Source: Isosphaera sp. | GTDB taxonomy: Bacteria; Planctomycetota; Planctomycetia; Gemmatales; Gemmataceae | Assembly: GCA_013822345.1 (NCBI GenBank) | Contig: PNKH01000032.1 | Coordinates: 643 to 64,642 of the forward strand | DNA: 64,000 nt | Reading direction: 5' to 3' | In this document: in pieces, positions 27,976-37,281 of the stretch | Numbering within the stretch: position 1 is the first letter of the stretch | Layout of the letters: every line of letters starts with the position of its first letter | Translations under genes and position numbers: made by a program | The notes under the pieces: generated by a model | Told to the model about the DNA's origin: nothing | The model's database searches: none | Seen by the model: only the letters and a program-made list of their open reading frames with translations

Positions 27976-29439
27976 ATGCATGGCGACCCTTCGGCCCCAC
28001 CGGCCATCCCCCGCCGTGGCATCGGATTCCACACGGCTGTTGCGGTGAACGTCGTGCTGCTCGCCGGCGTCGCCGGGTTCCTGGTGTTCGATGCCGCCCG
28101 GGAGACCCGACAGCGGGAGCGGGAGAAGGTAACCGCGCTGGACGAGGAGGCGATGACCCTGCACCAGGCCGTCGCCCACCTCACCCACCACTCGGCGGAC
28201 GAGATCCAGGCGTTCGTGGACGGGGTGTGCGGGCGGATGACCGACGCGGCCTCGCCGGGTCATCATATCGTGGCCGAGGCGGGCGGGCGGGTGTACCAGG
28301 CCCGCGCCCACGGGCGGGACTCGGACGACACCGTCCGGACAGTCCGCGCGGCCGCACAGGCCCCCGACCGCCGGGGCGCGATCCAGGGGGAAGTTGTCGT
28401 CGTCGGGACGCACGACGAGGGCGGCGTCCGCGTCTTCGTGGCCGAGCGGCTGGACACCATCCGCCGCGAGGTCCGCACCCAGGTCGCCCTCCGGGCCGCG
28501 GGGGTGCTGGCGTTCGGCCTGGTGCTGGCGGCGGCCGTCAACCTCACCGTCTACCGGCTGGTGACCCGCCCGCTGCGGCGACTGGCGCGAACCCTCGGGG
28601 CGATCCGGGCCGGTGAGCTGGGGGCCCGGGCGGGCGCGTACAAAAGCCGGGAACTCGCCGTCCTGGCCGCCGCCGTGAACGACATGAGCCGGGCGCTGGC
28701 CGCGGACGAGGCCCGCCGCCGGGCGGCCATCGCGCACGCCCGGCGGGTGCAGGAGAACCTGCTGCCGAAGCCCGCCCGGGCGGTCCCCGGGGTCACGATC
28801 GCCGCCGTCCACCACCCGGCCGACGGGGTGGCCGGGGACTACTACGACGCCCTCCCGCTCCCCGACGGGTCGGTGCTGGTGTGCGTGGCCGACGTGGTCG
28901 GGCACGGGGTGCCGGCGGCGATGGTGGCGGCCGTCCTCAAGGTGCTGGTGCTGGACGCGGCCGAGGCCGACCCGGACCCCGGGCGGGTGGTGCGGCGGGT
29001 GAACGCCCGGTTCACCGCCCTCGGCATCCCGGACGGGTTCGCGTCGCTCCTGGTCGCCCGCTGGTGCCCCGCGCGGCAGACTCTGTGGTACGCCAGCGCC
29101 GGGCACGAGCCGGGGTTGTTGGCGGCCGGCTCGGACCCGCCGGTCCCCCTCGACGCGACCGGCACGCTGCTCGGCGTTGTGGAGGACGGGGAGTGGGCAA
29201 GCCTCGCCGTTCCGGCCGGTTCGGGGGCCACGCTGCTGTTGCTGACCGACGGGGTCACGGAAGCGATGGACGCGGACGGCGTCCAGTTCGGACGGTCCCG
29301 GCTGCGCGAGGTCGTTGCCGGGGTCGGGAGCGGGGATCCCGAGCGCGTGGTCGGGGCGGTGGACGCGGGCGTGCGGGAGCACCTGGCCGGCCACCCGCCG
29401 GCGGACGACTACACCCTAGTGGTTGTCCGGTTCGGGTGA
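27976..29439 (+). CDS. Membrane SpoIIE/RsbU-type PP2C phosphatase with HAMP domain
   Basis: Two TMs, HAMP (RPLRRLA...RELAVLAAAVNDM), VAGDYYD, VADVVGHG, SAGHEP, LLTDGVTEA, DDYTLV. Confidence 0.88.
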   Translation: MHGDPSAPPAIPRRGIGFHTAVAVNVVLLAGVAGFLVFDAARETRQREREKVTALDEEAMTLHQAVAHLTHHSADEIQAFVDGVCGRMTDAASPGHHIVAEAGGRVYQARAHGRDSDDTVRTVRAAAQAPDRRGAIQGEVVVVGTHDEGGVRVFVAERLDTIRREVRTQVALRAAGVLAFGLVLAAAVNLTVYRLVTRPLRRLARTLGAIRAGELGARAGAYKSRELAVLAAAVNDMSRALAADEARRRAAIAHARRVQENLLPKPARAVPGVTIAAVHHPADGVAGDYYDALPLPDGSVLVCVADVVGHGVPAAMVAAVLKVLVLDAAEADPDPGRVVRRVNARFTALGIPDGFASLLVARWCPARQTLWYASAGHEPGLLAAGSDPPVPLDATGTLLGVVEDGEWASLAVPAGSGATLLLLTDGVTEAMDADGVQFGRSRLREVVAGVGSGDPERVVGAVDAGVREHLAGHPPADDYTLVVVRFG

Positions 29440-30794
29440 CCCGTCCGGCCGCGACCCGAGCCGGTTGAGCAGCTTGGGTTGGCGTCACGCTTGCCAAAAT
29501 CCCAACGTTCGGCAGCCAATCGCCCGCCAGCCGGGTCGCCGTCCGGCCGCAACAGGATCCCAGCTTCGGCGGCAATGTCCTTCAGGATCTTGGTGAGCAG
29601 CCCGCCCGGATTCCGGACCGGGGACGACCGGGCGGTCTCCCGGAGTTGGCCCAGGGCGCGGTCGATCGGCCCCGGCCCGAGCCGCCGGACGCAGTGCGTC
29701 CACCACGCCCGGTCGTCTCCCCCGACCGCCTCGACGATACGCTCGACCTGGGCGGCCAGTGGTCCCGGCACCTGAGCCGCCCCATTACCGCACCGCCGCG
29801 GAATGCGGGGGGCGGCCGTCCCCCGGCGGAACACGGCCCACCAGTCACCGTCCGCCCCGGCCTCGCAGCTGAAGTCGGCCAGCAGTCCCGCCCAGTCGGC
29901 CTCCAACCGCCGGGCCGACCTGGCGAGCACCTTGCGGGCGTCGGCCGCGCTGGCCGCCTCGGTCGGCAACGCCCGGGCCAGGTCCGCCACCCGACGGCGG
30001 TGGACCGTCTGGTACGTGAACACCTTGGCCAGGTACACCGCCAGCCGCCCGGCCAGCGGCGGCAGCCGGTGGAAGACGGCCGCATCGAACCCGAGTCGGA
30101 ACAGCCCGCGGCTGAGTAGTGCGGCCCGGAACGTCGGGCTGAGTTCGATGAACCCGTGCGGCTGCTCGTCCGCGTCGCCCGGCCCGGCTTTGAAGTAGTA
30201 CACCGCCCCGAACAGCCGCCAGTCCATGTCCGCGTACGCCCGCCGGGCCGGGTCCCAGTAGGCGTTCTTGCAGCTGAAGTCGTACCCGCGGAGGACGGCG
30301 AAGTCCCGCCGCAGCCGGTCGTAGTCCTTCTTCGACGGGTTCCGCTCGCCGCGGCGGAGGAACAGCGACCGGAGGGTACCGAAATGGATGCGGGAGCCGC
30401 GGCCTCCCTGCTCGGCGTACAGTTGCAAGAGGTCGAACAGGAGGGCGTGGGCGGTCGGCCCCCCGACCCCGAGCCGGCCGGGGTAGGCGGTCCAGGAGCG
30501 GGTGACCGGCCGCCCGTCCTTGCCGCGGATCCTGTCGGAGTAGGTCATCGGGGCGAACGGGTCGCGGGGCGGTCGCTTGCCGAACGAGAACAGCGGGAAC
30601 TCGGCCAGGTCGAAGTCGTAGCAGGCCGGGCCGCCCCACCGCCCAGTGACCGGCGCGTCGGCACCCGCCCCCGCCTCCGAGCTGGCCGACCCGGCGGGCG
30701 GCTCTGTAGTGGGCTGGACCTTGGCCATCAGCCGGGCGAGGACGGCCGCCAGCGGTTCCGGCCCTTCCCGTTTAATGCATTGATCTTTCTTCAT
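29409..30794 (-). CDS. Plasmid-type replication initiator (RepA/TrfA-like)
   Basis: DLAEFPLFS motif, ALLFDLLQLY...YDRLRRDF.VL winged-helix-like region, C-terminal RNPGGLL; AGGAGA RBS; upstream repeats. Confidence 0.7.
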   Translation of the reverse strand: MKKDQCIKREGPEPLAAVLARLMAKVQPTTEPPAGSASSEAGAGADAPVTGRWGGPACYDFDLAEFPLFSFGKRPPRDPFAPMTYSDRIRGKDGRPVTRSWTAYPGRLGVGGPTAHALLFDLLQLYAEQGGRGSRIHFGTLRSLFLRRGERNPSKKDYDRLRRDFAVLRGYDFSCKNAYWDPARRAYADMDWRLFGAVYYFKAGPGDADEQPHGFIELSPTFRAALLSRGLFRLGFDAAVFHRLPPLAGRLAVYLAKVFTYQTVHRRRVADLARALPTEAASAADARKVLARSARRLEADWAGLLADFSCEAGADGDWWAVFRRGTAAPRIPRRCGNGAAQVPGPLAAQVERIVEAVGGDDRAWWTHCVRRLGPGPIDRALGQLRETARSSPVRNPGGLLTKILKDIAAEAGILLRPDGDPAGGRLAAERWDFGKRDANPSCSTGSGRGRTGHPNRTTTRV

Positions 30795-30848
30795 TCTCCT
30801 CTTTCCGTGCCCGGTTCGATTGAGATGCCGGAGCGTTACCCTTCGGTT

Positions 30849-30930
30849 CGGGACTGTCGGCACGAACCCGGTCCCGCGCCCCGGGACCGAAAGCACGAGC
30901 CCCGACGGGCGGCCGGGACCGAAAGCACGA
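30849..30930. promoter_or_regulatory. Three iteron-like 17-bp direct repeats upstream of rep
   Basis: cgggactgtcggcacga (30849), cgggaccgaaagcacga (30882 and 30914); spacing 33 and 32 bp. Confidence 0.65.
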
Positions 30931-30948
30931 ACGTGACCGCACCTCCGG

Positions 30949-31266
30949 TCAGCCAGTCCGGTATCGGGCGACCAGCCCGTCCAGGTCCGGGGCCGACCGC
31001 AGGTGGTCGAGGGCCAGCCGGACCAGCTCCTCGATGGTCAGCTTGGGGGCGCGGGGGTGCCGCCGGTGGTACGTCCGGGCCTGGTCCTGGAGCCAGGCGA
31101 TCTGGTCGGCCCGGACACGGGTCGTCAGCTTGCACGTCCCGGTGCCCGGCTCGGCAGCCGCGGCCGGGGGACGGGCTTCGATCAGGGCGGCCGCCCGGTC
31201 GCCGGCGTCGGCCCGTCGGGGGGCGGCGAGCGGGACGGCCGCCCGGAGCTGTTCGCGGCTACTCAT
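30949..31266 (-). CDS. Small ParA partner, possible ParG/RHH-type DNA-binding protein
   Basis: Overlaps the parA stop; KLTTRVRADQIAWL...LTIEELVRLALDHL fits a strand-helix-helix pattern. Confidence 0.55.
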   Translation of the reverse strand: MSSREQLRAAVPLAAPRRADAGDRAAALIEARPPAAAAEPGTGTCKLTTRVRADQIAWLQDQARTYHRRHPRAPKLTIEELVRLALDHLRSAPDLDGLVARYRTG

Positions 31267-32035
31267 CCCCCAGCACCTCCGCGGTCAGGGCCCCCATCTC
31301 GCGGGCCGCCCGGGGAGCGGTCCCGGCCGGGTGCCGGGCGGCGTAGTCGTACACCGTCTCCCCGTTCGCCCGGGCCTTCGGGAACGCCTCCGAGCGGTGG
31401 ACGCGGGTCTCGTACACGGCCGCCCCGAGCGGGGCCAGGTGGTCGTCCAGCCAGTCGTTGAGCACCTTCCGGCGGGCGTCCACCTGCGTCACGACCACCC
31501 GGCAGAAGCCGGCCGGGTCCAGTTCCGGGCGGTGGGTGAGGTAGGTCTGCACGGTGCGGAACGTCCGCCCCAAGCTGCGGACCGACTCGGCGTCGGCGTC
31601 GCACGGCAGGATCGCCCGGTCGGCCGCCATGACGGCGTTGAGCGTCACCAGGTCGAGCGTCGGCGGGGTGTCGATAACCACGGCGTCGAACCGGCCGCGG
31701 AGGTCACCGAGTGCCAGCCGGAGGGCCGTCGCACGGTTCGGGAGGGCGGCGAACGACTCCGGCTCCAGCCCCGGGTCGCCGGGGGCGACGAACAGGTTCG
31801 GGGTCGGGGCGGGGACGATCACGTCGGCCAGCACCCGGGCGGCGATGGCGTCGGCCAGCGGGATGAGCCCGTCCGGTGGTTGCACGCCGGCCCCCGGGGC
31901 GGCCGGGGCCTGGGGGTCGAGGTCGAGGAGCAGCGTGCGGCGGCCGGCGCGGGCCAGGCCGGCGGCGAGGTGGATCGCGGTGGTCGTCTTGGCGACCCCG
32001 CCCTTCTGTTGGGTGACGGCGATGGTGACGGTCAT
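31259..32035 (-). CDS. parA: ParA-family partition ATPase
   Basis: QQKGGVAKTTT, LLDLDPQ, VIDTPP; no N-terminal HTH (type Ib-like). Confidence 0.88.
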   Translation of the reverse strand: MTVTIAVTQQKGGVAKTTTAIHLAAGLARAGRRTLLLDLDPQAPAAPGAGVQPPDGLIPLADAIAARVLADVIVPAPTPNLFVAPGDPGLEPESFAALPNRATALRLALGDLRGRFDAVVIDTPPTLDLVTLNAVMAADRAILPCDADAESVRSLGRTFRTVQTYLTHRPELDPAGFCRVVVTQVDARRKVLNDWLDDHLAPLGAAVYETRVHRSEAFPKARANGETVYDYAARHPAGTAPRAAREMGALTAEVLGDE

Positions 32036-32188
32036 GGTTCTCCGTGAGGGTGGTTGCCGGCCGGGGTCCGCCCGGCCGTCACCCGGCAGCCTGCCACGGG
32101 CCGGGCCGTCGTGGCAAGTCCCTGCCGGGGGGTTACGGTTTCGCGGCCGGGATACGGCCGGTTCGCGGCCGGCATCCGCCCGGCGGCA

Positions 32189-32204
32189 GGCCGGTTGAGT
32201 AGGC
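32189..32204. promoter_or_regulatory. 16-bp motif ggccggttgagtaggc, identical copy at 42390-42405
   Basis: Exact match in two intergenic regions (upstream of parA and upstream of mobC). Confidence 0.5.
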
Positions 32205-32471
32205 TTGCGAGTGGCGCTACGCTGGAGCGGCCCGGTGAAACGGAGACTGGCTCTGCGGGGACGCAACCACGTCGAGGGATAGCCGGGCCGACGGTGCGTC
32301 GATGGACGCCGTTCGAGCGCCCCGGCGGGAGCTTCATCTCTCCCGCCGGGGCCGTTTTCGCTCAGGTTCTCGGGCTTCGGCCGGGTGTGCCCCGAACCAA
32401 ACACCCGCAACCCCTGGTGTGAGGAATGTGGCGGACCACCGCAACTTGCAACGGGGCGGGGCGCTTGACAG

Positions 32472-33644
32472 TCAGCGGCCGTCGTCGGGCGGGCGCGCGG
32501 CCAGGGCGTTGCGGGTCCGCTCGACTTCCTGCCGCAGTTCCTCGGCCGGCGGCAGGGCGGTCTGGTAGCGGGACGCGAACACCTGGGCGTTGATCCCGGC
32601 CGTCGCGTACCGCACCACGGTGTCGCTCTTCTCGGAGCACAGGATGATGCCGATCGGGTCGGCCTCCCCCGGCTCGGTCAGGTGTTCCTTGGCGTAATTC
32701 AGGTACAGGTTGATCTGGCCGGCGTCGGCGTGGGAGAACTTCCCCACCTTCAGGTCGATCACCACCAGGCACCGCAGCCGCCGGTGGAACAGCACCAGGT
32801 CCATCTTGTACCAGACGGTGTCGATCAGGATGCGCTTCTGCCGGGCGACGAACGTGAACCCGTTGCCGAGTTCCAGCAGGAACTGCTCCAGGTGCTTGAC
32901 GAGGGCGTCCTCCAGGTCGGTCTCGGCGTACTCGTCCGTCAGGTCCAGGAACTCCAGGAGGTACGGGTCGCGGACCATGTCGGTCACGGCGACGGCGTCC
33001 TCGGGCTTCGGCTCCTGACCGCGGCGGAGCATCTTCGCCCTGTCCTTCGAGTGGGCCAGCCGCTCGTAAAACTGGGTGGCGATCTGGCGGTCGAGTTGGC
33101 GGACCGACCACCCGCCGCGGACGGCTTCCTCCTCGTAGAACGCCCGCGGCGTGTCGTCCGGGACGCTCATCAGCCGGACGTAGTGGGACCACGGGAGCGG
33201 GAAGGCGTCGGCGAGGGCGGCCACCGCGGGCGGGGCCGCCGGCCCGGTTACACCCGATCCGCCGCCGGAAACCGGGAGCCGGACGCGGGCGCTCAATTTG
33301 GCCGACGGTGTCGGCCAAATCTCCCACCCCTGGTAGAACGCCCGCATCTTCCGCAGCCCGCGCGCGGAGAACCCGCGGCCGAACGCCTTCGACAGGTCGG
33401 CACCCAACCGGGCCAGGAGTTCCTCGCCGTACCCGGCCCGGGCGTGGCCGCCCTGCTCGTGCTCGACGATCCGCCGGCCGACCTCCCAGTACGTCGCCGT
33501 CAGCACGCCGTTGACCGCCCGGGCGGCCGCCCGGCGGGCCTGGTCGAGCAACTCGGCGATGCCGGCCCGGAAGGCGTCGTACCCGGCGTCGGCCGGGGCG
33601 AGGGAGCGGTTCGGGGCGGCTGGTTTCTTCCGCGGTCGGGTCAC
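32472..33644 (-). CDS. YhcG/DUF1016-family PD-(D/E)XK nuclease-domain protein
   Basis: YWEVGRRIVE, RGFSARGL, LPWSHY, GGWSVRQL, RDPYLLEFL, ELGNGFTFVARQ, DLKVGKF, GQINLY. Confidence 0.9.
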   Translation of the reverse strand: MTRPRKKPAAPNRSLAPADAGYDAFRAGIAELLDQARRAAARAVNGVLTATYWEVGRRIVEHEQGGHARAGYGEELLARLGADLSKAFGRGFSARGLRKMRAFYQGWEIWPTPSAKLSARVRLPVSGGGSGVTGPAAPPAVAALADAFPLPWSHYVRLMSVPDDTPRAFYEEEAVRGGWSVRQLDRQIATQFYERLAHSKDRAKMLRRGQEPKPEDAVAVTDMVRDPYLLEFLDLTDEYAETDLEDALVKHLEQFLLELGNGFTFVARQKRILIDTVWYKMDLVLFHRRLRCLVVIDLKVGKFSHADAGQINLYLNYAKEHLTEPGEADPIGIILCSEKSDTVVRYATAGINAQVFASRYQTALPPAEELRQEVERTRNALAARPPDDGR

Positions 33645-33838
33645 GGTCGCCTCCGGATCGCCAGCCAGAGCCGAGCCGCCCGGCCCCGCGCAGTCGCGGC
33701 CCGGCGGGGCCGTCTCGTGGGGACGGGCGGGAGCGTCACGTCCGACCAGTCGGCCGCGTCGGGGTCAGGGTTCGAGGCCGGCGGCTCGGGCGGCCGCGGC
33801 GGTTCGGTCTTCGGCTTCTTCCTGCGGATCAGCAACAT
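33641..33838 (-). CDS. Small hypothetical protein
   Basis: GGAGG RBS; stop overlaps the yhcG-like start. Confidence 0.4.
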   Translation of the reverse strand: MLLIRRKKPKTEPPRPPEPPASNPDPDAADWSDVTLPPVPTRRPRRAATARGRAARLWLAIRRRP

Positions 33839-34027
33839 CGGTCCTCCGTCGGGTCATTGTGGGCGGCCCGGCCCCATCGAACACCGGAGCCATGCCTCGG
33901 AAAATCCCGGGGGCGCGGGGGCAGAGCCCCCGCAACCACCGGGCGGGAGAGGGGTGAGGGGAGCGGGGTGCGATAAGAACCTTGGGAAGAACCGGCCCGG
34001 GCGTCCGTGCCTGGGCCGTGGGGCGGG

Positions 34028-34384
34028 TCAGAACGGGATGTCGTCACCGGACGGGGGCGGCGGGGTGCCGTCCGGTCCAGGGCCCGACGGGTGTTGCTGC
34101 TGGCGGAAGATCCACAGGGCGGCCTCCTCGCACACCTTGGCGGCGGGCAGGAGGTCGTCCCGGTTCAGGCCCGGTGACGCCTTCCACCCGTCGTCGGTCT
34201 TGTACAGCCGGGTCAGCTTGACGCTGTACCACGGCCCCGTGTCCGACTCGTTCCGCCAGATCGAGCCCCGCACCCGCCCGAGCCGAACCTCGTGAACGGG
34301 ACGATCACCCGCGTGGGCCGGTTCGGACGTGGGGGCCGGCGGGGTCTCGGCCGGTCGTGGTTGGGTTGCTTTCGTCTTCGCCAT
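34028..34384 (-). CDS. Putative ssDNA-binding protein (PC4-like pattern) with SSB-type DDIPF tail
   Basis: PVHEVRLGRVRGSIWRN...YSVKLTRLYK...GW...RDDL; C-terminus GDDIPF. Confidence 0.55.
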   Translation of the reverse strand: MAKTKATQPRPAETPPAPTSEPAHAGDRPVHEVRLGRVRGSIWRNESDTGPWYSVKLTRLYKTDDGWKASPGLNRDDLLPAAKVCEEAALWIFRQQQHPSGPGPDGTPPPPSGDDIPF

Positions 34385-34469
34385 CGTCTGGTCCTCCGTT
34401 GGGAACGGGGCCGGGCGCGTCCACCGGACGGCCCGGCCTTGGGAAAGGGGAGTGGGTGACCGCTCACGA

Positions 34470-35588
34470 TCAAGCCGCCAGGACCGGCTCGGCCGGACCC
34501 GACGCCGCGGCCCGACCGCCGGCGTCCGACCCGCGAACCCGTACGGCGAGTTGCGGGGCCGCGAGCCGGAGCAGTCCGGACACCTTCGCGTCCGCCGCCG
34601 CCCGGTCCCCGGCGTACGGGATGTCCCGGGTCAGTGACGTTAGGGCGTCCACCAGCGCGAAGATCGTGAAGCGCTGGCCGCGGCCGGCGACCAACTCCAC
34701 CGCCTTCTTGCCGAGCGCCTGCGGGACGTTCTCGCCGGCCAAGAGCTTGAGCGCCTCCTCGGCGTCCGCCCCGGCCGACTCGGCCATCGCCTTCTTGATG
34801 ACCGCGGCGAACGTGTCGCGGCGTTCGTCCCGGCGGCGGACGAGGGCGTCGAGCATCCGCCGGATCTGGTTCAGGGCGTCGCCGACCTGGGCGGTGTGTT
34901 TCCAGGTCGCCTCGGCCACGTCCACCGCGTCCCACACGATGTGGTTGCGGCAGACCTGCTGGAACCAGAACGTCTGCACGCCCAGGGTGCGGCGGCCGAC
35001 CTCCGAGTTCCACACGAAGAACCCGGGGGCGAACGCCTCGCCGTCGATCTCGACCCAGCCGGCCGGGTCGATCAGGAACGCGAACAGGTCCTGCTCACCG
35101 GCGTACAGCCCGGTCCCGCCGGTGCAGCCGGCCGGGGGCGGGGAGAAGTCCACCGCGAACTCGCGGACCGCGGCCAGCAGTTCCGCGTCCCACAGCCGGG
35201 TGTAGGCCGTCCCGTGCAGACTCCGCACGCGGCCGTCCTCGGTCAGCGCCTGGACCGGCTTGCCGCCGGTCGGCAGCGTCTCGTCGAACGCCCGGGCCGC
35301 GGTCTCCGGGGTGAGCCGGTTGACGGTGTCCTTGGCGACCCCGGCCATCCGGCACAGGCTGCCGAAGCTCCAGTCGTTCAGCTCGAACGCCCCGTCGGTA
35401 CCGAGGGCGAGCCTCAGCCGGCCGCCGTCGGCGACGGCCCGGACCGAGCCGGGCAGTTGCCAGCGGTCGGTCCCGCGGGCCTTGCGGTCGCGGCAGTGGG
35501 CCTCCAGGGCGGCGAGGTCGGGGAACGCCTCGTCCGGCGTCCGCCGGAACAGCTCCCGGCTCGCCCGCGTCAGGTTCGTCTTGGTCAT
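34470..35588 (-). CDS. DUF932-family protein
   Basis: ELFRRTPDE, LNDWSFGSLC, YTRLWD, PGFFVWNSEVG, FQQVCRNHIVW. Confidence 0.75.
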   Translation of the reverse strand: MTKTNLTRASRELFRRTPDEAFPDLAALEAHCRDRKARGTDRWQLPGSVRAVADGGRLRLALGTDGAFELNDWSFGSLCRMAGVAKDTVNRLTPETAARAFDETLPTGGKPVQALTEDGRVRSLHGTAYTRLWDAELLAAVREFAVDFSPPPAGCTGGTGLYAGEQDLFAFLIDPAGWVEIDGEAFAPGFFVWNSEVGRRTLGVQTFWFQQVCRNHIVWDAVDVAEATWKHTAQVGDALNQIRRMLDALVRRRDERRDTFAAVIKKAMAESAGADAEEALKLLAGENVPQALGKKAVELVAGRGQRFTIFALVDALTSLTRDIPYAGDRAAADAKVSGLLRLAAPQLAVRVRGSDAGGRAAASGPAEPVLAA

Positions 35589-36655
35589 CGTCCGTCCTCC
35601 GTCGGTGGGAAAAGGGAGCGGCCCGGTCCACAGTGGACCGGGCCGCCGAAGGGTCGGGCGGCGAACTGGTGTAATCAAAACCGTGTCGCACCACGCCCCT
35701 CGACGGCCGGCCGCGGGCGGCGGGCGGTCGAGGGGCGGTCAGTGAGCTTCGTCTACCCGGGCGGGTCGGCTGGGGCCGGTCCCTCAGAAGTGGTGAACGG
35801 GATTTCAGCACGACCCAGGCGGCTAGTCAAACGCCGTGTCCGCGGCCGCCTGTAAACGCCCGAACGTCCGGCACCGTCGGGAGTTCCGGGCAACGGGCCG
35901 GCCGCCCGTTCACAGAGTGTAAACGCGGGGAACTGCCTGTCCCGATTGGAGTTGTCGCCGAACCCTGCCGCCCGCCGTCGGCAGCACACCCGGGTGCATC
36001 GGGTGTGGTCCTCAAAATGTGCTTTCCCGGCGGCCGTCACAAGAATTGTGATTTGCGAAGGGGGCGTGCCACTGACCGGGCGGTGGGGGCCGGTGCCGAT
36101 GGCGGTTTAGTGGCTGAAGCGGCCGATCCGTACGGTGTCGATAGCGGATTCTGTGGAGTGACGCCGACGGGTCAAGCTCGGGTGAGCAGTGGCCAGACGG
36201 TGGGTAGGACCTGCGCGATCAGGCTTCTCCGCCTGCCCGTCTGTCGCGCGACGATGTTGCCGGCTGCTGCCGGTACCTCCAGTTATCGTCATCGTGTTCG
36301 CTCGGCGGTTTGCGGCTCTCGGACACGGCGGGTAAGCTGCCGTAGCGAGCAGGCTGCCCGCCGCCGGCAAGCACCGACCGGGGGCGCGGGGCAGAAATGC
36401 GACTGCCGGGCGGGGACGCCAGCAGGTGCTGGGCGTTGTGCCGACGGTCGAGACTATCGGCCCCAGCGGGCGGGCGCTGTTGGTGCCGCCGGCGGGCGGT
36501 GAGGTTCGCGCGGGTGGGACAGATGATCGGTTGTCGGGCCACGGCCGCGACGTTTCCGCTTGGCGAAATCTGGTCGCTCTGGCCGGCCTGGGATGGCGGG
36601 TGACCGCCGGCCGTGAGCGACTGGGCGCGGCGAACCGCGCCCCGCTGAAGCCGGA

Positions 36656-36991
36656 TCACTCGACCGCGTCGAGCACCTCGTCTTCGGTGATCTCCTCCAG
36701 GTAAGACGCGGCGATCTCGTCCCAATCGACTTCGCCCAGGGCAGCGTTTAGCAGATCGGTGTACAGCCCGGCGTCCGGACATGGAATCCCTTCTTCCAGT
36801 TCGTCCTTGAGCCGTTCGGCCAAGGAGAAGCGGGCCTCCTCGATCCGCGTGAACTGGGATGTCGGTTCCGCGCCCGCGAGCACTTCCCGGGCCGCGTCGC
36901 GCCAGTATTCGGACGTCCCCGCGTCGTTGTCGAGCCACAGGCTCACCGCCCAGGTCTCGTAGTTCTTCCAGCCGTTGTATCTACAGGTCAT
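36656..36991 (-). CDS. Small highly acidic protein (YNGW.NYETW family)
   Basis: YNGWKNYETWAVSLWLDND; about 27 Asp/Glu vs 8 Lys/Arg in 111 aa; GAGGA RBS. Confidence 0.75.
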   Translation of the reverse strand: MTCRYNGWKNYETWAVSLWLDNDAGTSEYWRDAAREVLAGAEPTSQFTRIEEARFSLAERLKDELEEGIPCPDAGLYTDLLNAALGEVDWDEIAASYLEEITEDEVLDAVE

Positions 36992-37281
36992 ATGTCCTCT
37001 CGTTGTCGTTAGTCGGGTTTGCGGCGTCACGCCGATGGCGTGCTGCTGCAAACCCTTACCGACTCGGTCCCGGCGGGGGTGAGCGGTCAAGGTGGAGGCC
37101 GGGGGAGGGGGATCACCCGGGCTACACAAGCGCAGCGCGGAAGCCCGGGGATACCCCCGGCTCGACCTGGACGGCGAGGGGGCCGCAGGTCCCCTCCTCA
37201 AAGAGGTGAGTACCGCCGTGGAGCGGGGACGGCCGGCGGCGAGTGAGAGAAGGCGGTCGTCAGGCGGGGCGAGTTCTGGAG

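Noticed and set aside
29441-29550. 12-bp direct repeat ccgtccggccgc near the rep/phosphatase junction
   Set aside because: Short and almost all G/C; expected by chance at this composition
33915-33933. gcgggggc-aga-gcccccgc hairpin as a single-strand origin
   Set aside because: Reminiscent of plasmid sso/ssi hairpins, but one short GC stem is not enough evidence
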